Numbered from the stretch's first letter, positions 1-10,273 are shown. The stretch is DNA of 64,000 bases from Lachnospiraceae bacterium (GCA_017453065.1 JAFTKW010000006.1:22173-86172), one strand, 5' to 3'. Notes: generated by a model from the sequence alone, not told the origin. Program-made: numbers and translations.

Positions 1-1985
1 TTAAAGTCGGAAGCAATATCTTTACCCAAATTCTGGAAAGAAACACCTGCGCCAAGTTCAGCGGTTTCTTCTACCAAAATCTCAACTGCTTTCTGAATAT
101 TCGCGTTGTTGAGCAGATAATAAGGATCAAGGCCATCTCTCTGGGAGTATGTAACCGTTGAGTATTCGTACAACTCTGCTTTCTCCTTGCTAACAAGTCT
201 TGCCGCATCAAATGGAGAGAAGAAGCCGTCTAAGATATCGCTATTCCAAGCGTAATCCGTGATGCCGTCGAGATAGATATTCATACCGTTCTCTTCCACA
301 TAGGAAATTAAATTCTTCAAATCCTTTTTGCTTCCAAGATCGTTTATGATATCTACTTTATTTAAGATTTCCTGTTTTACACCACCATTCATCCAACCAG
401 TGAGTTTTACATCTATGTTGGTCATGCCCTCGCTATTAAGCTGAGTAAGTATTTCCTGTGCTTCCTCAAAGCTTGTAAGCTTCAGTGGTCTAGAAAGTGG
501 AATACCGCAAATCTGCTTTACTTTATCTACTGCTGCAAGAATCTCTACCACTGCTGGAGCAGAAGTATCATCCTGAAGCTGCATTTCATCGCCATACTTT
601 TCAACCAGATAATCATGGTAGTTCTCTGCCATATCCACATAACTGCTAGAATCTATGAAACGATATCTGTTAGTATAATGTTCGTCTGGAAGAGATGGTT
701 CATATACAAACATGGAACCATTGTATCTCTCAGCTACATCGAACTGTTCTCTGTGTGTCACAGAATATACAGCATTTACAAAGTTGTAACTGTGGTTTCT
801 TCCACTGATATCTGCCTGAATTGCTGCATAAGGTGCACCTTCTTCCATAATGCAAAGGAAGGAATTGTCACCCTTCGCCATACCAAATACGTTGTAATAT
901 GTTCTGGTTTCATGTACCAATGAGTCTCTTACAAGACACATATCCCAACCATAAAGGTTCGCATAATAACTGGTCTGTCTAGTCTTTCCATTGTTGAAGT
1001 CGATGATTGCTCCACCGCCTTCTGGAACTAACATATAGCCTTCATCTTCTACACCAGCTGCTCCAAAATAAGGAAGAAGGCTGAGGTAAAGAATAGGTTT
1101 GTCTTCTTTGTATTCAATCTCACTTAGTGGTACATCTACCACCAAATCTTTGCCATCGAGTTTGTAGACAATATTCAGATTAAATACTGGCTTATCACTG
1201 GTCTTGGAAGACATATCCAATTCTTTATGTGCTGCCAAATCTTCTACAGTGTAGCCTGCAGTTGTAAAGTACTCTTCTAATTTTAATTTGATATTGTCTC
1301 TAGTAGTATCACGGAGAACATAAATCACTTCTGTCTCCATGATTGGATAATTGGCAAGAAGTTCGTCCTGGATTTCCTTGTCACGCTTGCTAAGTTTATT
1401 GATGTCATACTTTTTGTAATATTCTTCAGCAAGAAGGGCTCCAGCTTTGTCAATTTTCTCAAGCCACTGCTTAAATTCATCTGCTGTGATAACTGGAGGG
1501 ATAATGTACTCTTTCTCTGTATCACCGATGGAATAATAAACTTTTACGTAGTCTTCACCAGTCTCAATCTCATAAATCTGATTCTGCATACTGTATTTGT
1601 AGTTGTTGTAGAGTGTATCTACGCCATTTTTAGTACTGTATGTCAAGAGAATGGTAGACTGCAATTTTTCTTTTTCAATGGTAAGAGCTTTGCTATCTTC
1701 TGCTGCTCCTACCGGATTAGAAAGCCATCTCTCACCTGTGCTCTTTACTTCCACATAAAACTGCGTGGTAGTAGGGTCCATCACGAATTTGAGATCGTCA
1801 TTTTCAAGTACGATTTCCTCTTCGCTACCCTCATAACCATTTACCTTAACAATCTCTTCAGGTTCTGGCTCTTCCTGGTAAAACACGATAAATACAACCG
1901 CCACTGCCATGATCAGAAGAAGAACCACTGGACCAATGAGACTCTTGATTTTATTTATCAATGCTTGTTTGAAATCCTTTTTCAT
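1..1985 (-). CDS. DUF5696-like membrane-anchored extracellular protein (3' end truncated by window edge)
   Basis: Not in the ORF track because it runs off the edge. Manual translation from ATG at 1985 (GGAGG upstream) gives MKKDFKQALINKIKSLIGPVVLLLIMAVAVVFIVFY (TM anchor)...LLPYFGAAG..GYMLVPEGGGAIIDFNNGK...GWMNGG, with no stop to base 1. Family assigned from recalled motifs and its position after NHL and Yip1 genes. Confidence 0.75.
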   Translation of the reverse strand, partial: MKKDFKQALINKIKSLIGPVVLLLIMAVAVVFIVFYQEEPEPEEIVKVNGYEGSEEEIVLENDDLKFVMDPTTTQFYVEVKSTGERWLSNPVGAAEDSKALTIEKEKLQSTILLTYSTKNGVDTLYNNYKYSMQNQIYEIETGEDYVKVYYSIGDTEKEYIIPPVITADEFKQWLEKIDKAGALLAEEYYKKYDINKLSKRDKEIQDELLANYPIMETEVIYVLRDTTRDNIKLKLEEYFTTAGYTVEDLAAHKELDMSSKTSDKPVFNLNIVYKLDGKDLVVDVPLSEIEYKEDKPILYLSLLPYFGAAGVEDEGYMLVPEGGGAIIDFNNGKTRQTSYYANLYGWDMCLVRDSLVHETRTYYNVFGMAKGDNSFLCIMEEGAPYAAIQADISGRNHSYNFVNAVYSVTHREQFDVAERYNGSMFVYEPSLPDEHYTNRYRFIDSSSYVDMAENYHDYLVEKYGDEMQLQDDTSAPAVVEILAAVDKVKQICGIPLSRPLKLTSFEEAQEILTQLNSEGMTNIDVKLTGWMNGGVKQEILNKVDIINDLGSKKDLKNLISYVEENGMNIYLDGITDYAWNSDILDGFFSPFDAARLVSKEKAELYEYSTVTYSQRDGLDPYYLLNNANIQKAVEILVEETAELGAGVSFQNLGKDIASDF

Positions 1986-2003
1986 GAATCTTTCCTCCAA
2001 CCG

Positions 2004-2660
2004 TTACATTCGGAATATGATTTCTCGTCCCAGAGAAATGAAATACGAAATACCCTGGCTAATCATGCTGAAGAAAAGCAACAGGATGAATATCATTACC
2101 AACATGGCAAAAAGTGAACCTATGGTAAACAATACATTTTTGCTCAAGGAGAACTCATGAATCTGCATCATTCCAAGGAAAATCCACAGTGCACACCAAA
2201 CAAGGGCAAGTACGTTCATCACACTATAGAAAGCGCCCTCTTCCACCGTTACCATGTTACTAAACAAAATCAAAGGGAACTGGAAAAGTGGATATGGAGT
2301 CATTCCGTAACAGGTTGCAATATAAATATTCTTCAGAGTTCCTTTGCCATCAAACAAGGTAGTAAGTCCCCAGTTTCCAAGGCACCAAAGCGCCAATGGG
2401 AACACGATACTTGCGATATAAAGGAAGATATTAATGTCTTCCCAATATACTGCCTGGAAAATGAAGCTGGTATATTGCAGATTTGCAATTCTTGCAACTA
2501 ATGTCAAAATCAGTATGGTATTTGCGGCCGCAAGAGACCCCCTCTTTTCGTGAGACAGATCCCAATAACCATCCATGGGATGTGTCAACACGTAAAGGGC
2601 ATATTTCAGCGACGCCCAATAGCGTATATAGGTTTGTTTGTTTTTTAATGCAGCTAACAT
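2004..2660 (-). CDS. Yip1-family multi-pass membrane protein
   Basis: 218 aa, about 5 hydrophobic segments, HPMDGYWDL and TTLFDGKG motifs typical of bacterial Yip1 proteins in sugar ABC clusters. Confidence 0.75.
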   Translation of the reverse strand: MLAALKNKQTYIRYWASLKYALYVLTHPMDGYWDLSHEKRGSLAAANTILILTLVARIANLQYTSFIFQAVYWEDINIFLYIASIVFPLALWCLGNWGLTTLFDGKGTLKNIYIATCYGMTPYPLFQFPLILFSNMVTVEEGAFYSVMNVLALVWCALWIFLGMMQIHEFSLSKNVLFTIGSLFAMLVMIFILLLFFSMISQGISYFISLGREIIFRM

Positions 2661-2690
2661 ACCTGCCTCCGTTCTACTACCATTTGTCTC

Positions 2691-4190
2691 TTATTCTTTA
2701 AAAATGTCTGCAGTATCAATTTCCCATTTAACCTTGCGAACTTTTCCAACCATAAGTGGAACACAAAGTACCATGAACAAAGCTACTACAATCCAGAAGA
2801 TGTTTTCTTCTACCCAAATCTTTCTATACTGCTTGAATGCTCTGGAGTAGTTTTCATCATCCCATTTCAGTTCGAAATACTCCATTGCCTCTTTGTATTC
2901 TTTCTGGCGAAGCAATGCTCTTCCGATACCTACGTATGCCAAATCATAGTTTCCATTCAGTTTCATAACTTCCTTCCAGGTTTCGCCGGACTCTTCGTAC
3001 AAACCATTCTGGAACTGCTCAATTGCATCGTAAATCAAATTACCAAATGTGGTAGGTGTGAAAATGGTGATGCTGGCATCTACTGAATCAAGCACCAACA
3101 AATCTCTGCCCATATGATCTAAAGCGGTAGGGCTCTTGAAATAACCGTCCATATTTCCGTTGCCACCAAAAGCAAACAACATTCTTCCCTGATCATCGTA
3201 GGCAAACAATCTACCTCTGGTTCTATCTATTGCTACATAAATATCATTGTCAAAAGCTGTGATATCTGTCATAAGGGATGGGCCTTCGTATCCACCACCT
3301 TCGCCCCAGTAAAGGTCACCTAAGATAAACCAGTTACCATTGCGAACCAAGATATCATTTCCCATCATATTGAGTCTACGAATTGGATTTGCTGTACCAG
3401 CGTCCAAATCTGTCTCTGATACGTTGGATGTTACTGCATAAATAAATCCTTCATGATCCATGTACACGTTGTCATACTCTGTAGGAACAAAGGATGCAAG
3501 CTGTTCTCTCTGTGCCTTTGTGGAAAGTTTCTTCCATACATAATCCATGAAATTGTAGGTAACAGGTGTAGCACCTACAAATCCTGCAAAAGTACCGTCT
3601 GTCTCAAACTTAATTGTACCTTTGTTTACATTGACTGCGATACAGTAAACACGACCTGCTGTATCTACACAAATTTTGTCTGGCAAGAAGTTTAAATCCT
3701 GATCAAAGTTTGGATCTGTAGGTTTGGTAATCTCAGAAATATAGTTGAGATCCATATCCAACTTTAAAATTCTGCCATTGTTCTGGTCACAGATATACAT
3801 GAAACCATCTTCTGTTACTGAAATATCTGAAGGGAAATTGAAGGTTTTTACTTCTACATTTCCTTTGATCTCATCAATAATTCTTACTAATTCGATGCTC
3901 TCAGTGTCTGTTCTTTCAAATTCGATGATTCGGTTGTTGCCTGTGTCACAGACATAAATTCTGTTTCCACATACAAACATGCCTTCCGCCTGGTTGAAGT
4001 TTTTGTCCAAGCCGAGATCCGTAGCGGTATATACACCGACAGTTCTGTATGCATCTGGAGAATACTGTACGTCTCCCCACCAGTCATAGTTGTAGGTATA
4101 TCCTTCCTCAGCGGATGCTGTCATGAAAGAACCTACCAACATAAGGACGCTTAAGAGCAAAGCGCTTAGTCTTTTAAGTGTCTTCTTCAT
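2691..4190 (-). CDS. Secreted NHL-repeat (beta-propeller) protein with TPR-like helices and C-terminal TM
   Basis: Signal peptide MKKTLKRLSALLL...ASA|EE; NHL repeats IYVCDTGNNRI and MYICDQNNGRI; C-terminal YDLAYVGIGRALL helical region and TM. Start moved to M5 (GAGGTGG RBS). Confidence 0.8.
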   Translation of the reverse strand: MKKTLKRLSALLLSVLMLVGSFMTASAEEGYTYNYDWWGDVQYSPDAYRTVGVYTATDLGLDKNFNQAEGMFVCGNRIYVCDTGNNRIIEFERTDTESIELVRIIDEIKGNVEVKTFNFPSDISVTEDGFMYICDQNNGRILKLDMDLNYISEITKPTDPNFDQDLNFLPDKICVDTAGRVYCIAVNVNKGTIKFETDGTFAGFVGATPVTYNFMDYVWKKLSTKAQREQLASFVPTEYDNVYMDHEGFIYAVTSNVSETDLDAGTANPIRRLNMMGNDILVRNGNWFILGDLYWGEGGGYEGPSLMTDITAFDNDIYVAIDRTRGRLFAYDDQGRMLFAFGGNGNMDGYFKSPTALDHMGRDLLVLDSVDASITIFTPTTFGNLIYDAIEQFQNGLYEESGETWKEVMKLNGNYDLAYVGIGRALLRQKEYKEAMEYFELKWDDENYSRAFKQYRKIWVEENIFWIVVALFMVLCVPLMVGKVRKVKWEIDTADIFKE

Positions 4191-4203
4191 ACTCCACCTC
4201 ACA

Positions 4204-5076
4204 TTAATCCTTCAGTCCAGAACTAGCCATTGTTTCAAGAATCTGGCTTTCAGATGCAATGAAGATTGCAATTGGAACAATCATCAGTACTACTGTAACT
4301 GCTGCACCCTGACCGGTTCTGGCAATACCGCCACCTTGAATCTGCTGCATAGCATATACAAGAGTTTTCTTTTCTTCTGAATAGATAAATGTTGCGGCTC
4401 TGTTATTCCAAAGTCCCTGTACAGAGAAGATAATCAGTGTCAGCCAAGCAGGCTTTACGTTTGGCATTACGATGCTGGTAAACACCTTCCATTCGTTGGC
4501 TCCATCAATCTTCGCCGCTTCAATCAGTGACATAGGCAAGCCTTCCATAAACTGCTTCATAAGGAACAATCCCATAGGAGCTGCAAAGGCTGGAATAATA
4601 ATTGCCCAAGGTGTATCAATCAAATTAAGTCCATTGATAATCAAATAGTTTGGAATCGCTGTTACATATCCGTTGAACATCAGTGCTGTTACAACGATGT
4701 TGAAGAAAGTCTTTCCACCTGGGAATTCATACTTTGCAAGTACGAATGCCGCCATAGAAGCAACAATCAAATGTCCTAATGTACCAACTCCAGTGATAAA
4801 AATGGTATTGAACAAATATCTGGAAAAGGTAACCCAGGATTTACCCATGGTAACCACAAGGTCTGAGAAGTTATCAAAGGTAGGGTTCTGTGGAAACAAC
4901 TTTGGTGGGAATTTAAACAATTCATCCAAAGGTTTCAAGGCACTACTCACCGCAAACACTAGAGGGAAAATCATGATGATTGCCACCAGAAGTAGGAAAA
5001 TATATAAAGCAATATCACCTGCTCTAGAGCGGTTCGGTTTTCTCTTTTTTAATTTAAAAGTTTTTACTTTACTCAT
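4204..5076 (-). CDS. Carbohydrate ABC transporter permease (MalG-type)
   Basis: EAA loop LIEAAKIDGANEW; six TM segments. Confidence 0.92.
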   Translation of the reverse strand: MSKVKTFKLKKRKPNRSRAGDIALYIFLLLVAIIMIFPLVFAVSSALKPLDELFKFPPKLFPQNPTFDNFSDLVVTMGKSWVTFSRYLFNTIFITGVGTLGHLIVASMAAFVLAKYEFPGGKTFFNIVVTALMFNGYVTAIPNYLIINGLNLIDTPWAIIIPAFAAPMGLFLMKQFMEGLPMSLIEAAKIDGANEWKVFTSIVMPNVKPAWLTLIIFSVQGLWNNRAATFIYSEEKKTLVYAMQQIQGGGIARTGQGAAVTVVLMIVPIAIFIASESQILETMASSGLKD

Positions 5077-5080
5077 ATCA

Positions 5081-6019
5081 TCAAGTTCCTACTCTTCCCA
5101 AAATACTCTGAATTGCTTTCTTACACAAAATCATAACAAGGAACAACATGGTTGCGATTGCGGATGCGTAACCCATCTCAAATCTGGAGAAACCATAGTC
5201 AAAAAGGTGAGTTACAACGGTACGAGCCGCATAGTCTGTACTTGGATAACCACAAAGAGCCATGGTTACGTCACACACACCAAAGGAGTTTGTGATTGCC
5301 ATAACCGCACCAAACAAAAGCATAGGCTTCATGTTTGGAAGTGTGATATACCAAAGTTCCTGCCATCTGTTCTTGATGCCGTCTACGTAAGCTGCTTCAT
5401 ACTGGGATTTGTCTACGCCCTGAAGACCAGCTACGAAAGAAAGGAATCCTGCGCCCAAGCTCATCCAGAGGATAACCAACATACAGATTGGAAGCATCCA
5501 GTCTGGATTGATAAGCCAGAGAATTGGCTCGTTGATAATACCCATATTCATGAGTGCTGCGTTTACATATCCGTATACATCACCGCGGAAGAATACGGAG
5601 AAAATTGCAAATACGTTACCTGCGATAGATGGTGCATAGAACACTACAACCGCAATGGTTCTGAGCCATCTAGGCAATTCATTGATCAGCCAAGCAAACA
5701 GGAAGGATCCCAAGTATCCAATTGGTCCTGTGATAACCGCAATGAGGAAGGTGTTTTTTACACCAATCAGGAAAATGTCGTCCTGTAATATCAAGTTGAT
5801 GTAGTTATCTAATCCCAAGAATCGAGGTGCTTCCAAAATGTTGTAATATGTAAAACTAAAGAAAATGGATGTACCTACTGGAAGGATATAGAAAAGTATA
5901 AATAGTACTGCGTAAGGAAGTAAAAACAAATAACAGTTTTTACTTCTTGCGGCCTTTTTCAGACCTACTTGGAAATTATGCTTACGCAATGCGAAATATT
6001 TTTGAATGTATTCTTTCAT
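5081..6019 (-). CDS. Carbohydrate ABC transporter permease (MalF-type)
   Basis: EAA loop QYEAAYVDGIKNRWQ and MGYASAIA motif. Confidence 0.92.
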   Translation of the reverse strand: MKEYIQKYFALRKHNFQVGLKKAARSKNCYLFLLPYAVLFILFYILPVGTSIFFSFTYYNILEAPRFLGLDNYINLILQDDIFLIGVKNTFLIAVITGPIGYLGSFLFAWLINELPRWLRTIAVVVFYAPSIAGNVFAIFSVFFRGDVYGYVNAALMNMGIINEPILWLINPDWMLPICMLVILWMSLGAGFLSFVAGLQGVDKSQYEAAYVDGIKNRWQELWYITLPNMKPMLLFGAVMAITNSFGVCDVTMALCGYPSTDYAARTVVTHLFDYGFSRFEMGYASAIATMLFLVMILCKKAIQSILGRVGT

Positions 6020-6033
6020 TCCAATCTATCCTC

Positions 6034-8982
6034 CTATTCCACCGGCAAACCAAATTCGTTTCTCTTCTTGGTAATCTCTTCGTCGATGGTGATGGAATAA
6101 TCCTGAATTGTTTCTCTTGGATCATCCTTGTCGTTGATGACTTTTCTGATAGCGTTGGTAATGTGGCGTCCTGTGTAATATCCACCAGGAACTTCTCTGA
6201 TACCTACTGTCCACTCCCACTGTTCCATCAGCACTTCGATATCCTCTGCGCTCCAAGCAAGTCTCTGGAATGCATTGATATTGGAAGTAGCGTATCTAGC
6301 GGAAGAACCAAGGAGTGCTTCAATCTCACGTCCGAAACGCACCTGTGTGTCTGCAGAAGCCCACCATTTCATGAATTCCCAAGACAAATTTCTGAGCTGT
6401 TCATCTTCTGTCTTGATCATCATAGTAGCACTACCTGTTGTAAAGTCACTGCGATCAATATATGTATTTCCGTTCTCATCTACTTTTTCAGTACCAGGAA
6501 GAAGTGTGAACTCCCAAAGTCCTCTGATTTCTGGTGCTGATACAACAAGTGTGTTGTAAGTAGTGTAGTTTGCGATACCGATTGGCATTTCTCCTGAACG
6601 GAAACGGCTTACGAAGTCGTATACGCTAGGAATACCATAATCGTTAAAGTACATTACGTAGTCTTCAATCGCTTTTACACCTGCCTCTTCATCTACGATG
6701 GTGTGTGTGCCAGTTTCGTTGTACAAGTCTCCACCATTCTGGTAAAGCAAGCTAAAGTACATAGAAAGGTCTGGTGTATTGGAAGCTACTGCTGTATTTG
6801 CTGTCTGTGTTGAACTACTACCTGTTGCTGTAGGAATACCTACAGAAAGATTGTTACCCTGGATAGTAGGAAGCATCTCAATCAAATCGTCCCAAGTCTG
6901 TGGAACTTCAAGTTCCAACTGCTCTAATACGTCTTTTCTATAGAAAAGTACGTTGAACATCTGTGTCTCTGGAATCGCATATACATGTTCATCCAAGCAA
7001 TACTGACGATAAGAACTTGCAGAAAACTCTGAAAGAACCTCATCAAGATCTTCAAACTGAGACAAATCTTCTGCCGCATTACGGAGCGCATAGTTTACTG
7101 GCTGATCCGCACTAACAGAAAGAACTACGTTAGGTCCTCTTCCTGCCACAACCGCTGACAAAAGTGCGTCTGCTGCAACAATTTCTACGTTAACCTTTAC
7201 ACCAGTGTTAGGTGTGAAGGTATCGTCCACCATTGTTTTAAGGATGGTACCCTGGTCACGACCACTGAGCACCCAAACCGTTACTACATCGTCGCCATCC
7301 TCATAAACGTCACCTACTGCATCGTAGTCTACGATGAAGGAAGCGCCGAAGGATTTCAGTTCATGCCAAAGAGATGCAAGCGCGGATGCTTTTTCTTTTT
7401 CTACAGTAGCATTCATACCATTGACTACTACATAGTCCACATCCAATTTCGTTTCTGCAAGGTTCAGCGCTGCTGTACCAAGTGCAGTAATATTGTCTTT
7501 GAAACTTACGAATTCAAGTGTAATCTTTTCAGGCTTCTTTACAAATCTTTCCAGCTGCTGAGCCAAGGTCTGTGCAGTTGCAATCTTATCAGCCTTCTGT
7601 CCTGTATATGCAACCATGTCATCTACGATTTTGTAAAGACGCTTGGATTCCAAATCCATAGCCTCGATAATTTCAGGATATACCTGGTCAATCTTGTAGT
7701 CTCTATATTTATCAGGGTTAGCGCCGGTGTAAACCAGTACCTCACGGTAAATCTGATTCAATCTAAATGTGGAATCCTCCAAAGCCTCGAGGATAGAACC
7801 CATACCGCCAAGTGTTGCTTCCAATCGAAGTGTGTGTGTACCTTCTGTAAGATAGAATTTGTAAGGAGTTCCTGTCTCCTCGCCAAGTGTCAAGCAGTTC
7901 CAGTCGTTGTCATACTCAAAGGAGATTTCTTTCATCTCTTCAAAAGGAATCTCTCCATCAATGTAAACGATACGGCTAGACACGCTACCTCTCTGGTAGT
8001 TCTGGCGTGCTTTTACTGTGATGTTGTACCAGCCATCCTCTGGAACATCAAAGTCCCATTCGATCCACTGGCCAGATGTACGCCAAGCATCTCCACCTAC
8101 ATAGTTCATTACAGTGTTCATTACACTGTTTGGCTGTGTGGTTGGTGAAGAACGATCATATTTCGCATAAAGAGAAGATTCAGAGCGAATGGTGGAAGCT
8201 TCGCCTTGAAAGATTTTCAAATGGTCAAGACCTTTGCCTGTAGCATCCTTACCCTGTACGCTTGCAAGATAATCTTCATATGTAACTACATCTTCCACTC
8301 CCTTGACAATCAGTTCACCAATTACTACTGGCTCGTTGACTGCTTTGAGAGTAATTGTGTTTTTACCTTTTTCAAAGTAGAACTGATATGGCTCTACGAT
8401 ATAACCCATATCGTCTTTAAAATAGGAAGACTGCCAATCGTAAACCTCGATCTGTGGAGGTCTGATTTCGTTGCCCTGGTTGTCTACTCTCACATCGCCA
8501 TCGTTGGTCCAGATTCGAGTAAAGGATAGGTTGGCAGCATCTTCAAAAGGAAGTTCACCATTGATGTAGATTGCTCTCTCAACCGCTACACCTCTTGATT
8601 CTACTGTATAATATTTCATCCATACATTGTATAATCCAGTTTCTGGAATTTCGACGTCCCAGGAAACTGTGGAAGCAGATCCAGTGTAAAGTGCTTTGTC
8701 CAGTCCTTCATAATTAGAATAAACTTCAACATCTTCACCTTCTGTATAATCTGCCACATCAATCACAACGTCTGTGTCTGGCAAAGTTGCATCCTGATGT
8801 GCCACCATATATCTGGAATAGGTTCCTTGTCTTACAGCTCCTTCGGAGTCTGCAGTCAAATCTACTCCCTCATATTTATGATAGAAGTTCTCGACCTGAG
8901 TCAGTTCGCTAATCAAAAAGTACAAAGCGATAACCGCAGCGATTGCTCCTAAAAATATTCCCTTTTTAACAGAATCCTTCAT
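6034..8982 (-). CDS. Large multidomain extracellular solute-binding protein (TM anchor, two CBM-like beta-sandwiches, helical linker, family 1 SBP domain)
   Basis: Start at 8982 (GGAGG RBS). C-terminal SBP_bac_1 motifs VLFYRKDVLEQLELEVPQTWDDL and SWEFMKWW. Two N-terminal repeats of the type WD(V/F)-x-(I/V)PE(T/D)G(L/W)YN followed by FYxxxGxxT(I/L)xL. Confidence 0.85.
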   Translation of the reverse strand: MKDSVKKGIFLGAIAAVIALYFLISELTQVENFYHKYEGVDLTADSEGAVRQGTYSRYMVAHQDATLPDTDVVIDVADYTEGEDVEVYSNYEGLDKALYTGSASTVSWDVEIPETGLYNVWMKYYTVESRGVAVERAIYINGELPFEDAANLSFTRIWTNDGDVRVDNQGNEIRPPQIEVYDWQSSYFKDDMGYIVEPYQFYFEKGKNTITLKAVNEPVVIGELIVKGVEDVVTYEDYLASVQGKDATGKGLDHLKIFQGEASTIRSESSLYAKYDRSSPTTQPNSVMNTVMNYVGGDAWRTSGQWIEWDFDVPEDGWYNITVKARQNYQRGSVSSRIVYIDGEIPFEEMKEISFEYDNDWNCLTLGEETGTPYKFYLTEGTHTLRLEATLGGMGSILEALEDSTFRLNQIYREVLVYTGANPDKYRDYKIDQVYPEIIEAMDLESKRLYKIVDDMVAYTGQKADKIATAQTLAQQLERFVKKPEKITLEFVSFKDNITALGTAALNLAETKLDVDYVVVNGMNATVEKEKASALASLWHELKSFGASFIVDYDAVGDVYEDGDDVVTVWVLSGRDQGTILKTMVDDTFTPNTGVKVNVEIVAADALLSAVVAGRGPNVVLSVSADQPVNYALRNAAEDLSQFEDLDEVLSEFSASSYRQYCLDEHVYAIPETQMFNVLFYRKDVLEQLELEVPQTWDDLIEMLPTIQGNNLSVGIPTATGSSSTQTANTAVASNTPDLSMYFSLLYQNGGDLYNETGTHTIVDEEAGVKAIEDYVMYFNDYGIPSVYDFVSRFRSGEMPIGIANYTTYNTLVVSAPEIRGLWEFTLLPGTEKVDENGNTYIDRSDFTTGSATMMIKTEDEQLRNLSWEFMKWWASADTQVRFGREIEALLGSSARYATSNINAFQRLAWSAEDIEVLMEQWEWTVGIREVPGGYYTGRHITNAIRKVINDKDDPRETIQDYSITIDEEITKKRNEFGLPVE

Positions 8983-9111
8983 AATGTTGCCTCCATACAT
9001 GGTAGTCACTCAAAAACATATACCTTTTATGGTTATAATTATATAAAACAGATTGCACAAATACTTCCTAAATTTTGCTATTTGTTTTTCAATGTTTGCT
9101 CTGTGAGAACA

Positions 9112-9125
9112 TGTAAACGCTTACA
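9112..9125. promoter_or_regulatory. cre / LacI-family operator
   Basis: TGTAAACGCTTACA matches the cre consensus TGWAANCGNTNWCA and lies between the divergent SBP and AraC genes. Confidence 0.7.
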
Positions 9126-9146
9126 TTTTTATACATTTTTTGCACC

Positions 9147-9175
9147 TTGATTTGACGGTTCAAAAATGTTACTAT
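9147..9175 (+). promoter_or_regulatory. Putative sigma-A promoter of the AraC gene
   Basis: TTGATT-17 bp-TACTAT with TG extended -10. Confidence 0.5.
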
Positions 9176-9246
9176 ACAAATTGTATAAAACCTTTTTAGT
9201 TTTTTGGGAGTTTTTGTCAATTTATTCGAAAGGAGGTTTTTTCAAA

Positions 9247-10185
9247 ATGGCAATTTATCAACCTAAACTTATTCCTCCTACATATTCATCCAAGAATGAC
9301 GACTTTTCAGGTACTCGTTCCTTGCATGATGTACAGGAGATTATTGAATATCAGAACAAAACAACTATTCGTATCTGGCACAATGTAGAGACAGCAAACT
9401 ATAGTTCTCACTGGCACAATGCTTTAGAGATTATTATGCCTCTAGAAAATCATTACGGTGTCAACATCAACGACGTCACATACACAGTCCAACCTGGCGA
9501 GGTACTTATTATTCCTCCTGGTTCTATGCATACATTGCTAGCCCCAGATTCAGGACGAAGATTTATCTTCCTATTTGATATTTCTTTTGTTGCCAAGTTG
9601 AAAGGTTTCTCCGGCATTCAGTCCCTGCTAATCGACCCGCTTTACATTACGCAGGAAAGTCACAGAGAAATCTATGACAGCATTTATCAATCCTTGCTGC
9701 GCATGACCGATGAATATTTCGGTGACAACGAGTACAAAGAGCTTACCATTCATGCCATGCTCCTGAACTTCTTCGTTACGCTCGGTCATCACCATATCAA
9801 CACCGCCAACATCTTCCCAGATGTTAAGCCTGGCAAACAGAAGGCTTACGTTCAGAAGTTCAATGAACTTTTGGACTACATCGACACACATTATATGGAA
9901 GATTTGACCCTGGAAGCAGTGGCTGACTCCGTCGGCTTCAGCAAATACCATTTCTCCAGATTGTTCAAGCAGTACACCAACTTCACCTTCTGCGATTACG
10001 TCAACTATAGACGTATCCGTGTTGCGGAGGAACTATTGGCTCAACCAGGCTTGTCTATCACCGAGATTGCACTTCAGGCTGGATTCCCTAGTATTTCAAC
10101 CTTCAACAGGTTGTTCAAGCAGCAGAAAAACTGCTCTCCTAGTGAATACCGCAACAAGAACCACCAGCCTCGTTACTTTAAATAA
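9247..10185 (+). CDS. AraC-family transcriptional regulator (cupin + HTH)
   Basis: Cupin SHWHNALEI; HTH LEAVADSVGFSKYHFSRLFK...IALQAGFPSISTFNRLFK. Start at 9247 after AGGAGG. Confidence 0.93.
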   Translation: MAIYQPKLIPPTYSSKNDDFSGTRSLHDVQEIIEYQNKTTIRIWHNVETANYSSHWHNALEIIMPLENHYGVNINDVTYTVQPGEVLIIPPGSMHTLLAPDSGRRFIFLFDISFVAKLKGFSGIQSLLIDPLYITQESHREIYDSIYQSLLRMTDEYFGDNEYKELTIHAMLLNFFVTLGHHHINTANIFPDVKPGKQKAYVQKFNELLDYIDTHYMEDLTLEAVADSVGFSKYHFSRLFKQYTNFTFCDYVNYRRIRVAEELLAQPGLSITEIALQAGFPSISTFNRLFKQQKNCSPSEYRNKNHQPRYFK

Positions 10186-10199
10186 AGAATATGAATAAT

Positions 10200-10273
10200 A
10201 ATACCCCCCAAGTTTTTGTTTTTCTTCTCAGCTGTCGCAAAAGGACAGAAAAACAAAAAACTTGGGGGGTATT
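10200..10273. terminator. Long bidirectional hairpin between convergent genes
   Basis: AATACCCCCCAAGTTTTTGTTTTTCT pairs with AGAAAAACAAAAAACTTGGGGGGTATT (about 26-bp stem). Confidence 0.75.

Noticed and set aside
4673-5788. 371-aa plus-strand ORF
   Set aside because: Antisense shadow of two well-supported permeases, with no motifs.
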